A stretch of DNA of 64,000 nt from Tricharina praecox (lineage: Eukaryota): the NCBI RefSeq assembly GCF_024521635.1, contig NW_026250430.1:310001-374000 (forward strand). The letters run 5' to 3'. Made by a program: the position numbers and the translations under genes. Below, one piece after another: positions 1 through 12,888 of this stretch. A model generated the notes under the pieces. It had not been told where the DNA came from. It searched no databases and saw only the letters and a list, made by a program, of their open reading frames with translations. Position 1 is the stretch's first letter, and the number at the start of each line of letters is the position of its first letter.

Positions 1-843
1 AACCCACACATTACCACCACTTGCCGCAACCAGACTAATTGAGACGGTGAGACATGTGGTTGTGTAGACGCATTGACGCCTTCAAATCTGGATTCATGCA
101 CTGCAACAAATTTATAACCGCCCGGACATGTAGGGGATGTTACATACGAGGAAGCAACGAATCACGATGATACAAAAGAATGCCGCTACACCAAAAATGT
201 CCAGATCTCCCACAACCATAGCGGCTACTACCGGTATTCTGTCGGCAGTGCGCCAATTCACATACCGTTCCCACATTCTTCACGGCAAAACAAGCACGCT
301 CGACTCAAGCCCCGTTGCTTTGCTCGGCCTCCGCTCGAGCTCGTTGCGCAGCTTGAATCCTTGCGGCCCCCCGCCGTACCCCGTGGTTGTCATATGTACA
401 TGCCACCAGTATTGTCGCCTGATCCACCTACTCACCGAGTGACTGGTAGACGAAGCCATTCCCTCCTTGACCTCATATCCAGGTGTTTCAGTCATGTGGG
501 CGCGAGCATCTACCTACTCGATGCGGCCGAGGGTTGTGTAGAGTATCTAGAGCATGAACATGTTTTAGATATACCGAACCGGAATAGCGCAGCTTTGTCG
601 CCACCACAGCGCGTACGAGTAACCAGACTCGAGCAGAGTATTCCTGCTTGCCACCGCAAGGAAATGGACAGGAAGCGCCAGTGCGGGGAATACCCGTTTC
701 CCTCAAAACCGTATATAAAAACCTCCATCCTGCACCGCAGGGAAATTCACTCTCCCTAAGGTTCCCAACAACTATTACTACTTGCCATTTCACCAACTTT
801 TCAAACTCAAACCCTACGCCAGACTTCCCCCAATCCCGTTTAG

Positions 844-2200
844 ATGCAGAAATCCAAAGGTTCCGTGGCTCCGGTCAAAGCAGCTCCCAGTTCTGGGCCC
901 CCCATTCCCGCTCGAACCCTCCGAATCCCCAATATCCCACCGTCTGTCACCGAGCAGGATTTCAGGAAGTATTTGGGAGGAATACTTGGATACCCCGACT
1001 TCATGCTCTCGTATGTCCCCGATGAGACCAACATAACAGCCACTATTACTCCCACCAAGGGAGAACCCGCAAGCCTTGCAAGATGCATTCCGGGAAAAGA
1101 GATCGACCTGCCCTACCCCGGTACCAAGCACGGCCTATTGGTTGACTGTGACTTTTTCGGACTGACGCCGCTATACACTGCCAAGGAGCCCACGGTAGAG
1201 TAATGCACACTGTAGCAGCTCGACATGGTGGAAGTTTCCAGAAAGCTAACGGGATTTTTAGCATCGTCGTCGTCACGGGCCTTGCTGGCAACGCATATGG
1301 GTCTTGGGGATCACGCAGCCCACCCCAGATGTGGGTACGGGACTTTTTGCCATCGGATCTACGAGAGCGAGGGTGCCAGGTTAGGATTCTCACCTTTGGC
1401 TACGACACTGCTTTCCGTGATAAGACCATCACCCCCACCGTCCAGATCTTTGGGAGATGGCTTATGGAAAGTCTTAGCCGTCTACGCCCGGAAGGAAATG
1501 TATGTGTTCATGTGTAGAAGTTGTGCTGTCAACTCTGGTTAACATACAACGGCAGGCATCATCACGCCGTCCGATAATCTTCATGGGCCACAGCCTCGGT
1601 GGGTTGGTTATCAAACACGTACGCAATGCTCTTCTCTCCGTGTGTACTCTTCAAGATGCTAATTATCCACAGGCACTCGCGGATGCATCTCGGCCAGAAA
1701 GTCTCAAGAGCGAAAAGGCTATCTTGAGCTCGAGTGTTGGTCTCTTTTTCTTCGGAGTACCTAACCAAGGACTGGATGTTCAAAATTTCAGGACTTTGGT
1801 AGAGGACCAGAAGAACGCAAGATTCATCGAGAGCCTGGCAACAGGCTCAGAATCCTTAAGGGTTATCCATGACTCTTTCGTTCGAGGGGTTAACGTTGAG
1901 CTCAAGGGTTGTCAGATCTTCTCGTTCTACGAAAAAAAAGACACTCAAGCCGTGGTCATCAAACCGGATGGAACTTGGTCGCGAACGGGAAACATGATAC
2001 GACTCGTCACGCCGGAGTCGGCAACCGTCGCGTTTCCCAGCGCGCAAATGCAGCCGCAAATAGGAATCGATGCCGACCATTCGAACATGGTAAAATTCGC
2101 CGGAAAAAACGACCCATCCTACCAAATCGTACTGGCGAAAACAGTGGATTGTGTCAAGAACGCCCAAAAGATAGTCGATGCACGCAAGCGTCATGCATAA
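844..2200 (+). CDS. SesB-like alpha/beta-hydrolase (lipase/esterase fold) with N-terminal RRM-like module; stand-alone NLR-effector-type protein, ~394 aa, 4 exons
   Basis: Exons 844-1199, 1262-1499, 1556-1618 and 1673-2200 are joined by GT-AG introns into one open frame (1185 nt). Motifs DIVVVTGLAGNAYGSW, MWVRDFLP, RPIIFMGHSLGGLVIK (GxSxG nucleophile elbow), FFGVPNQG and IDADHSNMVKF are typical of SesB-like domains. Intron positions match the paralog at 25904-24509. Confidence 0.9.
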
Positions 2201-2820
2201 GGAAGGGAACCATGACGGTGGATTGACTAGTAATTGGTGAACGTGGAATGAGGGAGAGCGAGCTGAGCAGACCGGGATTATGAGGTTATGGGGTTATGAG
2301 GTTATGGGGTTGTGGGGCTGTGGGGTGATGGGTGACAGGTGATGTAGTGGCGAGGATGCGAAAAAGGCGGATTTTTGGAATACTGGACACAGAATGTACG
2401 TAGGGATGAGTAGGAGTAGGTAGTGGTCCGGGCAGCAGGAGGTCGAAGGCGAGCGAGGAATGAGAAGCACAATATTTCCGTCATCCTATCATATTAGTCT
2501 CTCGGTCCATTAGGCTGTTTTCATGCTTTCCTTTGCTTTGAGTTGTCATTGCTTCCGACGCCTTCGCTCAGGTGTCGGAGAGATGTGACCTCGCCTCTGC
2601 TGCTAGTTAGTCTCTTCGTGGTTGCCAGTTTTCTTCGGACGCGATCATGTCTCTTTGCATACTAACTACGGTACATTGTTTACACGTGTCACGGAGAACT
2701 AGAGGGAGCAGTCTACCGGTGTGTTATATACCAATGACGACGACGACGTTAAAACTCTCGTTGCTGTCGAACAGGACTTTACGTACGAGTACATGTTAGA
2801 GTACCGTATGTGTTGAGCAG

Positions 2821-5318
2821 CAACGGGGCTCGCTATACGGCTCGATGGCGTTCCAGCGGATATGTGCATACCTGATAGTCGTGAGTAGCCTCAAGGAAAA
2901 GGCCGCCCGGAGACTCTTGCCACCACCGAACAAGGTGCGAAGTTATGCATAGAACCCCGATACGCTTCGGCTCTCGCAGTGATGACTCCCATGCCTTGCC
3001 GGTAGGAGGGACTACAAGAATATCAGGACGGTTGGTCGGAACATGTCGGCGAAGCTGCCGTAGCAACTTATCCGGTGAGATCTTTGGAATTGAGAATGTA
3101 TGGCATTAGAGCCAAGTTGAATATAGGTACTACATAGTTACTGCCTGTGTTACAGCAGTTGAGCCACCGCCAATCATCGCCAGTCACTGCTGGTCTACGA
3201 CAGATGGTTGCCATAGAGTTATTAGCGCAAATAGGTAATTCTAGGTCGCGAGCAATCAGAGATCAAACAAATGAAGAATGTTGTCCGCCAGCCACTACGG
3301 TATCTTGGATTTCCACCACTTTAGTTGTGTGTGTGGGGGGGTGCCGCAAATACCTGTGTGACCTGGAGCGTTGGCATGTCTGCCGACTACGAGGCTGAGC
3401 ATTCCCCTTTTCCGCGGCGTCGAAGTGCTCTGTCGTTCGCAACGACAGTTCCTCCTTCGACTTCAGCCTTTCTGCGACTCACAACACGAGCGCCGACTTT
3501 CTCGAGTTCGAAGCTCATGCCAAAACAGCCGACACCCCGCCGGAATGCATCTAGACGGAGACGCGGAGCCTCTAGTATGGTCGCACACACGGCTGTACGG
3601 GTCCAAAAGAGCAGTTGGAGAGTGTCAAAGTGTGGTTGGACAGTTGCGCTAGCGGTGACTGGATCATGGTCGTCGATAATTTCGACAACTTTGACAGTCT
3701 TGACGGAGTCGACTGGCGTCCAGCTAGACACCTTCCAGTACAGCGCGGTGCGATCCTATTTACAACATGCAACGCAAATCCCGTCGAAAACCTTGCGTAT
3801 GTGCCACGTGGCGACGCTGGGGTGGAAGTCCACGTGATGAATGACGCGGAAGCATTGAAGATGCTCTCCAATCGCCGAGCCACCGATGGACTTGACGATG
3901 AGGAAGATGCTGTCGAGCTGCTGCAAAGGCTGGAGAAATTGTCCCTGGCAATCGCACAAGCGGTAGCATATATGCGAGAAACCGGAACGGGTATCACGGG
4001 CTATTTGAAGCTATTCAAAGAATGCGAGCGTAATCAGCAGCAGCTCATGAACGAAGCTTTACCAACTGCAATGGAAGACGGCAAAAGACCCGGATCGCGC
4101 GCGGTGATGACGACTTGGATACTCACAATCGACGAAATTCAGGAGAAGAGCCCCAAACCTGTGCAACTACTAGAGGCCATGAGCTTCCTCAACCCGGATG
4201 AAATACCGAAGGCACTATTGAGAGATATCCCTTTCCTTGGGGACGAAAGCGACATAGGATTCAACAAGGCGTTTGCACCGCTCCTCAACTTTTCTCTGAT
4301 CTATCAGCTCGAATCTTCAAATTATCGCTTGCACCGCCTTGTCGGGTTATGTATCCGGCAACAGATGGATCGGAAAGGCGGACGACGGAGACGGGACCTT
4401 TTGGAGGCAGTTTTTGCTTGATAAACGAAACTTTTCCGAACGATAGGCTTGCAAATCACCGTCAGTGTATGCACTTGACAGCACATGCAGCCACCGCACT
4501 GGGGCATGCTACCGATGGATCTCAGGCTACTGTGAACGGTTTGGGTCTACAATACAATTTAGGGATCATCCTGGGCCAAAATGGGAATATCGCAGGCTCC
4601 ATGTGGTTACAGCGGGCACTTAATGGCTATGAGAAGACCCTCGGGAAATATCATATCAGCACTCTCGATGCTGTCTACGGCACGGCCACAACCATTGAGA
4701 AGCGAGGGGATAATATCAAAGCGTATGTGGGGTTACAGCGGGCACTTGACGGCAATGAGGAGATCCTCGGAAAAGACCATCGCGGCACTCTCAATACTGT
4801 CCACGGCATGGCCGTCACTTTTCGTGTGCAAGGGGATTATCACACAGCGTTGGTGTCTTTTCAGCGGGCACTTGACGGCTATGAGACGACCCTCGGAAAG
4901 GACCATCGCGGCACTCTCAATGCTTTCCACGGCATGGCCGTTACTTTCTATTTGCAACGGGAGTATCACAAAGCGTTGGTGTCGTTTTAACGGGCACTTG
5001 ACGGCTATGAGAAGACCCTCGGAAAAGACCATCCCAAAACTCTCGATGCTCTCTACGGCATGGCCATAACGATTTGGGAGCAAGGGGCTTATCACAAAGC
5101 GTTGGTGTCGTTTCAGCGGGCGCTTGACGGCTATGAGAAGACCCTCGGAAAAGACCATCCCAAAACTCTCGATGCTCTCTACGGCATGGCCATAACGATT
5201 TGGGAGCAAGGGGCTTATCACAAAGCGTTAGGACCATCCGAGAACCTTCGCCGCCGCCGAACAAGTTGTGATTTCCCGCATAATCCACGGCTACCAATCG
5301 AGTATTTCAGCAATTTAG
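2821..5318 (+). pseudogene. Decayed NB-ARC-TPR half of a fungal NLR
   Basis: Degenerate Walker-A exon remnant at ~2821-2853 (CAACGG..CTATACGG-CTCGATGGCGTT vs CAACGG..CTATACGGACTCGGAGGAATT in the paralog) and next-exon remnant at ~2896-2935. Recognisable NB-ARC from ~3590 (WIMVVDNFD, GAILFTT, LAIAQAVAY, YRLHRLV). Frameshift at ~4415, premature TAA at 4988 replacing CAG of the repeat, and a deletion at ~5228 that shifts the C-terminal cap (DHPRTFAAAEQVVISRIIHGYQSSISAI*, ending 5318). Confidence 0.85.
4610..5228 (+). repeat. Five 126-bp (42-aa) TPR-coding tandem units, last one truncated
   Basis: Equivalent positions recur at 4610, 4736, 4862, 4988 and 5114; the last two units are almost identical. 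Confidence 0.9.
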
Positions 5319-6759
5319 GTGTGGGTGTATCGATGGATAGAAAGACAGACGATGTTGTGTTGATTTTCATGTTTCTCGTCGGGCCAGAGAGACCCTCTTT
5401 TTTAGACACGCTCGTGCAGTCCAAAACACAACACCCTTACGTACGTAGGAGATATCCACGCCCTTCGACTCCTGAAACGCGCACGGTCCGTCAAAGGTTC
5501 ATGTCATGTCCAACAGATCATACGGGGCCTTCGGGGCCGCGAGCCTTCCGAACGTCTAGCGATGTGCAAGACACTATCATCAACTTGAGTTCAGCCGAAT
5601 CGATCGTCATCGCCATACGAAACGTTGGATGTGTGGCGCGCTACGCTACGCTGCACCCTTCTGCTCTCAGATTCTGTGTTTTCCTTCGTGGCCATTTGCA
5701 CATGCTAGTTTCTTTCCGATACTGTGGCGGCGAGCATCGTTCTCTGGGTGGTGGGTTGTGGATGCGTCTTCATTAGATTGCGGAAGCACGGTGCGGGCGG
5801 AGGATCTTTGATGGGCTTGTGAGTGGATATGTAATCTAGCACGGCAGCGGTGATGCGCGGTGGTGGTCGGAAGAGGGGGGCGGTGCTGCTGTGGCTCGAG
5901 GGTCCGTGTGTCTATTATTAATCAAATGTTGAATCTCTTGGTGTCGAAGCTGTGATTGAATTTCAGTCAGGCGACTAGCCATGTGACCTGCGATCTTCGA
6001 CCTGCGGCTGGTAAGTGTTGGGGACGGGCTCATCCAAGAGAAGAGGCTGAAGTATGGCGAGAGCGTTGGCATGTCGTCTTGAGCACCGAACGATGAGCTT
6101 ATGTACCTATGGCATGGCATGAATTCGAAGTCTGTGCTTTCCATCGAATACACCTCTCTACACTGCCGCCGAGTGATCGTCATCATCGCCTCCATAACAT
6201 TCATTCTTGGCAGGTCCCGGTTGTACCATACATGTACCGAGCAGGGCTATCTATCCGACACATATCATGCCGTACTGGCAGCTGCTCGTTTATGCACAAG
6301 AAAAGCTTTTTTTGTTCCGACGTGGTGGTCCAGTCTGTCGGAGCCCGGAAAATCCGGATCGACAAGTACCGGCAGTCCCTAATACAACCCAGGGTACATA
6401 CTACAGCTTCCCCGCAATTCTGGAAACGCATGTGACGTGGAGTGGATAACGCCGTGTACCGGTACTCAGAACACACAAGATCGTGAGAACGATAGGGCTG
6501 TCCTACATTACGGATACATAGCTTGACTTGGGCACCATGAATCGAACACGAGTCTTCAATCTTCACACTGGCACTTATGCAGGTAGTTATTAGGTCTGAT
6601 CGGTCATGTTTGGGTTGTGGATTCGGCCTTCGGAGCGTGGTCACAAGGAATTTCTCTGAAACTTGGTATCCTAAGCACCGAAGGTGGCTTTCTGTTATAG
6701 CCACAAAGAATCGCAAGAAAGCAAACGAATAAAGAAAGGCGGCCCTCGCAGCAAGCAAT

Positions 6760-8363
6760 TTACTCCTCCGGCTTCCTTCCGTACGCCACGTAACTGCATA
6801 CCCACAATCAGCACTGCAACATCGGGTGGTTGGGATCAGGTGGTAACTTACTGCACAGTGTACAAATGCGATTTGCGCTCACGAGTAGCCTGGTACCCAT
6901 CTCTGCAGAGCTTCGCCGCCTCCTCGGAGTCCATTCCTAGCATTCTGGTGAAAGCGGCGAGGCCGTAGGAGGTGAATCCCTCCTCGGCCATGATCCAGAT
7001 CATGATTCCGGCTTCCTTGAGACGCTTGTCTTTTGCCCACGGGCCGAACGGTTGCTTGATGGCGTATGAGTGCACGTCGACCAGACCGGCCGCGGTAAGG
7101 CGGTCGCGGAGGTGCCTAGCGTCGCTGGGTGGTGGCCGGCCGGCCTTGGCCATCGCTTCAGTCATCGCTTCGCCCCAGCACTTGGCCGTGTTGTCTGGTA
7201 GCATGGTGCCGTCGTCGCAGTGGAAGGTTACTGTTGTGGTGTTAGAAGATGAAGAACCAATAGAAGGGGGACGGAGGCGGACCGCCGGTGTCGGAGAGCT
7301 CGATGTAGCCGCCAGGCTGCAGGCAGTGGTAGGCATCGTCGAGGACTTTGGGCCAGTTGCTGATCCCTTGGGCAAGATTCCGGATGTGGATGAAATCGAA
7401 GGAATCCTGCGTCTATCGGTTAGGTGGTATCAGGCGCGGCCATCGAACTGAAAGGTACCTTCTTGTACGCCCAGTCCTTCTCGGCATCGTCGACTTCAAA
7501 CTTGCTGGGGTAACGTTAGGTTATACTCTCAGTCGCTGGCACCGGGGGGGCGAACTTACCAGTTCGGTGGGACCCTATTATCCACTATCCGTAAGTACGA
7601 GTCGCTGTATCAGATTTTCGGGGAGGCATACCATTTCGGCTGGATGGGACTATAACACGCAGTCAGCTTCGGCACATCGGACTTTCCGAGGTAACAACAA
7701 ACCTAAGATCCATGCCCACCACCTCTGCCATCGGATACTGATCCGCCATATCGATAGCCCAGATACCCGTACCGGTCCCGACATCTAAGATCCGTTGCGG
7801 GTGATCGAGGGGAGCTTTGTGGAGTCTCCCATCGAACAGACGGATCAGGATCTCGTGGTGTAGATCGAGCCTGGGGGTTTCCATCACCATTAGCACCCTT
7901 AACCACCCTCCAAACTTCGTATCTGGAGTTCAATACCGATCTTGTTCCTTCTGTATTCATACATGGCAGTCAAAGACCTTTCTTCATCCACCGGGGAATG
8001 GCCACGAGACCGTACCTCATCCGTCGGCATCAAGTTCTTTTCGACTCCGAAATACGAGTGATAACGGCGGCCTTGACGCGATGACGTCAGTATCCATATG
8101 CGTCGGCCGAGGCGGTGATAAGCGGTGAGGGTATACCATTCTCGAAGACGTATTCGTTGATGGACGACGACAAGCTCGTGGTATCAGTATGGTAGCTGCA
8201 ACGGTTAACCACGGGGTGCCCACGCGACTCCTAGTCGGGATCACACAAACCTCGAGGCGTATTCGGGGTCCTTTCCATGTTATCAGAGACACTCCAACCC
8301 CATGAAGATAGGCATACGTACGGAACTAAGGTCAACTTCGATCTCGCTCTCCTGGCTTGACAT
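6760..8363 (-). CDS. LaeA-like class I SAM-dependent methyltransferase, ~12 exons
   Basis: Spliced reading [120 protein letters not shown]; canonical splice sites found at each junction. Confidence 0.92.
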
Positions 8364-9009
8364 GGCGGCGGTTGGTCGGCTGGATTGGCGGATGTGTAGT
8401 TTGAAGCCGAGACAACGTAAGGGCAGCCAAAGGTCTAACACTTCGGTGGAAAGGGAAAGACTTGGCCTTTATAATAGCCAGCTCTACATGCAAAGTCGTC
8501 GCCAGCCCTAATTCAATCCCTCGTGCATGGAGCCCAACCGTTCTCGGGGGAGGGGGGGTAGTTTGGCTCAGTGTCCACCCCACCTACGGTAACGGCAGTC
8601 GCTTGCAATCCTTGAACCGAAAGTCCCCCAGTCAGTCAATCAGTCCGGACCGATCCCGCAATCTCGCTTTGCGGAAGGAGGATGTAAACCTAGGTAGCGG
8701 CCGGGTCCCCCGTTTCTCCGGCCTCCCGCCAATCGCCTATTGAGATAGTCACCCGCCAAGCGAAATACGAGGGAACGGTGGGTAGGGTCTGCAGGTCACA
8801 GGCGCCGAAGTGGTTTCGGATTGGTCAAGCTGCGCTGCTGTCCTGATGCACATGCGCACATGCGCCGTGAGTGATGGAGCGTGACCCGCGCTCGGTAGTG
8901 GTTTTGGGAGGCCTCAGGGATATGGAGCCGAACTGCTTGCTCTAGTGCGGAATACGAGGCAGCCTGTGAGGGTAAACGGATACTTTGGGAACTGCAAAAT
9001 GCCTAAATA

Positions 9010-9204
9010 CAGTAGCAAAAAGTAGGGTGTGGTTGATACGGGGTGAATACCGCAGTCATTTGAATACCGTAGAACTACTAGCTTTTACTTAAAAACCTGG
9101 TAGTTCTTCGGTATTCCAACTTAAAAACCTGGTAGTTCTTCGGTATTCAAATGACTATGTACAGTATTCACCCCGTATCAATCGCACCCTACTTTTTGCT
9201 ACTG
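9010..9204. mobile_element. MITE, Tc1/mariner-type, 195 bp, TA target-site duplication
   Basis: TA|CAGTAGCAAAAAGTAGGGTG...CACCCTACTTTTTGCTACTG|TA. Imperfect inverted symmetry extends over most of the element, with an internal ~30-bp tandem duplication (ACTTAAAAACCTGGTAGTTCTTCGGTATTC x2) and no coding capacity. Confidence 0.88.
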
Positions 9205-10223
9205 TACACGGGTGTAAGGGTAAGTGCTGCCTCACCAGTTCTTCCCCCATACAACTTAGTCACAGCCACTCACTCATCTCATTGTATCTGGCTTAGTGCA
9301 CTCCTATTATAGACTAGTGCTTATAATTCGTAATGGTGGTGAAGCACCACTTATTGGCAGCTCCTAGTACATACACACACAAGGTCCTTACCGGTATCTA
9401 GCTGCGAGACGAACCATGATATGTACGGGCGAGCGTCCGGCAGGCGCGGGAGGGGCGTGGTATCCATGCGGAGAAACCAAGCGAGACACCGGAGGTCCTG
9501 ACGTGTCGTCCAAACTATTCCGGAATAGTCGGAGGATTTCCCCCCGGCTCCAGAGCCCGCAATCACCCCCCTCATCGTCGATACAAGATACGTGTACCCA
9601 CGGGAGCTGAAGAATTTGTGAAATCCTCAAGATTTTGTAAGGGTTTTTGCTGCCCGCTTAGCGCGCAGCTGTCGAGTTGTCAAGTTTAGGTTCCTACACC
9701 TAGACCTAGTACGGTGGAAACATGGGTAATCCTTGTATCAACCTACGCACATAGTGGCTCTTGTTCCCTGCATTCGATGGGAGAGGTGGCTGGGGGTGGC
9801 TGAGGGCCGGCACTCTTCCTGGGTAGTTTCTATCCTACACAACCGTCGTAAATAGTTTCGACGATTCTTACAACAATTCCCGAGCCCCCTGCATCACCAC
9901 CGTCCAGTCCAGCCTCGATTGTCTCCACGGAAAAAGAAGAAGACAGTTGACGGCGATTTTCGTTCGATTTGCTCGTTTTCGCATGCATCGCATATGCGAT
10001 GCAAGTGCAAGTGCAACCATAAACTGACAAGTCATTTTGATAATCCGTCTGTATGTAGTCCGCAAGCCGATGCTGAGGTGACTCTCAACGTATGTAGATA
10101 GGTGCCGGAACTAAGCAAATTGATGAGACTCGAGAGACACAAACGTGATTCAAAGCCGTATTTACATTGTAGAGGACCATTCATCAAAACCAGGCACCAG
10201 AAGTACATAACTAAACCCCATCC

Positions 10224-12037
10224 TCATATTTTTCGCACTTCAAGGTTACTGCGCACTGGTTTTCGGCCATAGACGATGTAACTGTGGTCCACCCAGGTCA
10301 ACCCACGGTCTTTTCAAGATTCATAGGGGATCGGGGGCGTTTACTGCAAACCATACATATGGGTATTCTTATTCATCGTAGCCTGATACCCATCGTGACA
10401 AATCTTCCGGGCAACCTCATGGTCCATGCCCAAAACCCTCGTGAGTGCCGCCATCCCATACGACAAGAACGCCGCTTCGGATTGCAGGAGCGTCAGCATT
10501 CCGACCTCCTTCAGTCGGCGCTCTTTCGCCCAGGGACCTGTATTCTTGTCAGCGAGTGGTGAGGAGGGGGAGGATGAGGGGGCAGGAGCGAACCAAATGG
10601 CTGCTTCATGGGATACACTTTGATATCCACGAAACCAGCCTTCGTCAGCCGTGCGCTCAGCAAATCGCCGCTGACCGACTCCCGTCCGCTGCGTGCCATC
10701 GCCTCCAATAGCAGTTCGCAGAATAAATTGACTGGATTGTCGGGCCACATGGAGCCATCGTCACAGTATACTGCCACTGCGGGGGATCAGTTGCTGTCTG
10801 AGAGAGGGAGGGGGGCATGGGCATGTACGGCCAGTATCGGCAAGCTCGACGTATCCGCCCGGTTGGAGACATCTGTATGTTTCGGAAAGTACGTGCGACC
10901 AGTTTGAGATTCCGAGCGCAAGATTGCGGAAGTGGACGAAGTCGAGGGTATCCTGTGCGTCGCTGTGAGCTGGAGATTCGCCAGTGGCGACGCTCCTAGG
11001 CGGCAACTTACCGAATTTATCGTCCACTCCAACTCCGCGTCGTCCACCAGAAATTTACTAGCCGATTATCAGTCCTACACTCTCAATTGATCAAGACAGC
11101 TCTGTACTCACCAGTTGGCTGGAACCCTATAATCCCCTCCACTGTCAATACATAGAGTCCTTCCTCTCATTCCCGCACCCGAGTATCGACATACCACTTC
11201 GGCTGAATCGGACTGCTCACCAATGCCATCAGCAACCCTCGTTCCCTCCTCTCTGCCCTCGACCCACCACCACATACCTCAGATCAATCCCCGTAACCTT
11301 CGCATTCGGATGCTGATCCGCCATATCGATAGCCCATATGCCGGTTCCAGTGCCCACATCCAAAATCTGCTTTGGGTTCCTCAGTGGCGCCTTATGTAGC
11401 CCGCCCTCGAGGAGGCGCATAAATATCTCATGGTTGATATCCAATCTGCCGCGATCAGTCGTCGGCCTCTCTCGGAAGCACCGTTGGGGTATCCCGGGTG
11501 TACGGTCGGTATCTACCGTTCTTGTTCCATCTGCGCCGGTTAGCAAGGAGGGCTAAATGGGAGGTGGATATCATATAGTACATGCCTCGTCCGTAGGCAT
11601 CAGGTTCTTCTCGACACCGTAGTATGCGTGGTATCGCCTTCCTACACACGCATCACCATCGTCATCAGCCCATCTCTTTTCGCCTCTTCTCTTCTCTTCT
11701 CTGCTCCATCCTCCCCCTCCGCCCGTCTGTCAACACGTACCGTTCTCGTAAATATACTCCGCCGCCGCCGCGGCTAAGCTCTTCGTCGAGGTCGCATAGC
11801 TATCGGGGCATCAGCAACCTCCCCTCCGCTCGCCCCTGCCCTCTCGCGTCCCGGTGAAGCAGCATACCCGGAAGACTCATAATCCTTATCAAGTGGATTC
11901 TCCGCCTGCCATTTCCCGTATCAGCCATCAGTATAACACAGCACGCGCCTCCCCCATCTCGACATCATCTACCTGGGGTTGGAGTAACATACCAGCGTAG
12001 GATCAACCTCGATCGCGCATCCACGTCCGTGAGGCAT
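10224..12037 (-). CDS. LaeA-like SAM-dependent methyltransferase, tandem paralog, ~13 exons
   Basis: Spliced reading [108 protein letters not shown]..*; needs one GC-AG intron (donor at 11585). Confidence 0.88.
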
Positions 12038-12110
12038 CGTCGTGAGCCGTCGTGAGCCGTCGTGAACTATCGTGAGCTGTCGCAAGCTGTCTCGAGCTGT
12101 CGCTTAGCTA
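12038..12110. repeat. Degenerate 10-bp tandem repeat (CGTGAGCCGT-like, ~7 units) abutting the methyltransferase start codon
   Basis: cgtgagccgt cgtgagccgt cgtgaactat cgtgagctgt cgcaagctgt ctcgagctgt cgcttagcta. Confidence 0.7.
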
Positions 12111-12888
12111 TCGCTGGGATGAGCTGGAGGATCACACAACACGGAAAATAAAATAATAATCGGACGCGTCCGGGGGTCCCGGGGGTGCGAGGGGGGGATG
12201 GCAGGGCATTTATCGAACGTGAACTGGACGCCTGCGGACTGCTCCACCTCCCACCTCCCCGGACGCCCCCCGGCAAGCGTATGGAAGGTTCCGTGTACTC
12301 TACACACGTAGGCACGTACATCGGGTTTTGGTTTTGGTTTTGCTTCTTCTTGTTCTTCGTCTTCTTGCCATTGGCTGTGCATAAAATCTCGGAATCTAAG
12401 TGCGATGCCGAGCTGGGCCACCAATTGGCGTAGGAGTAGGTAGTAGATCATTGCAGCTGTTGGCATTTGTCGAGGAACCGATTTGTAGCTGGTTATCTCG
12501 TGCAGTTTTAGCTTCGTCCACCGGGGGATGTCCGATGGATGGCACGTCAACGGTCAATCCCGCTATCATTGTCCCGACGCAACCCCGGGCTTTCCCAACT
12601 ATCACCGCGTGCGCAAAAGTCCATTGAACGGAACGAAACGAACTGAATTGGGATGGCCTTTTTTCTCATTAACCACCTGGGCAAGCAATCATAATCATGA
12701 CCCTCCCTCTTCCCTCTACAGACTACAGCTAACTAGCCTCCCACGCGAATGAATCACAAAGCAATAACCAAAGCAACCCAAAAAGCAGCCTAGCACCTCA
12801 ACGCCTCTAACCAACCTGCGCGCAGAAAGCACACCTACCTACACGCACAACTTCCCAAAACTTCCCACCACTTCCCACCACCAACCAA

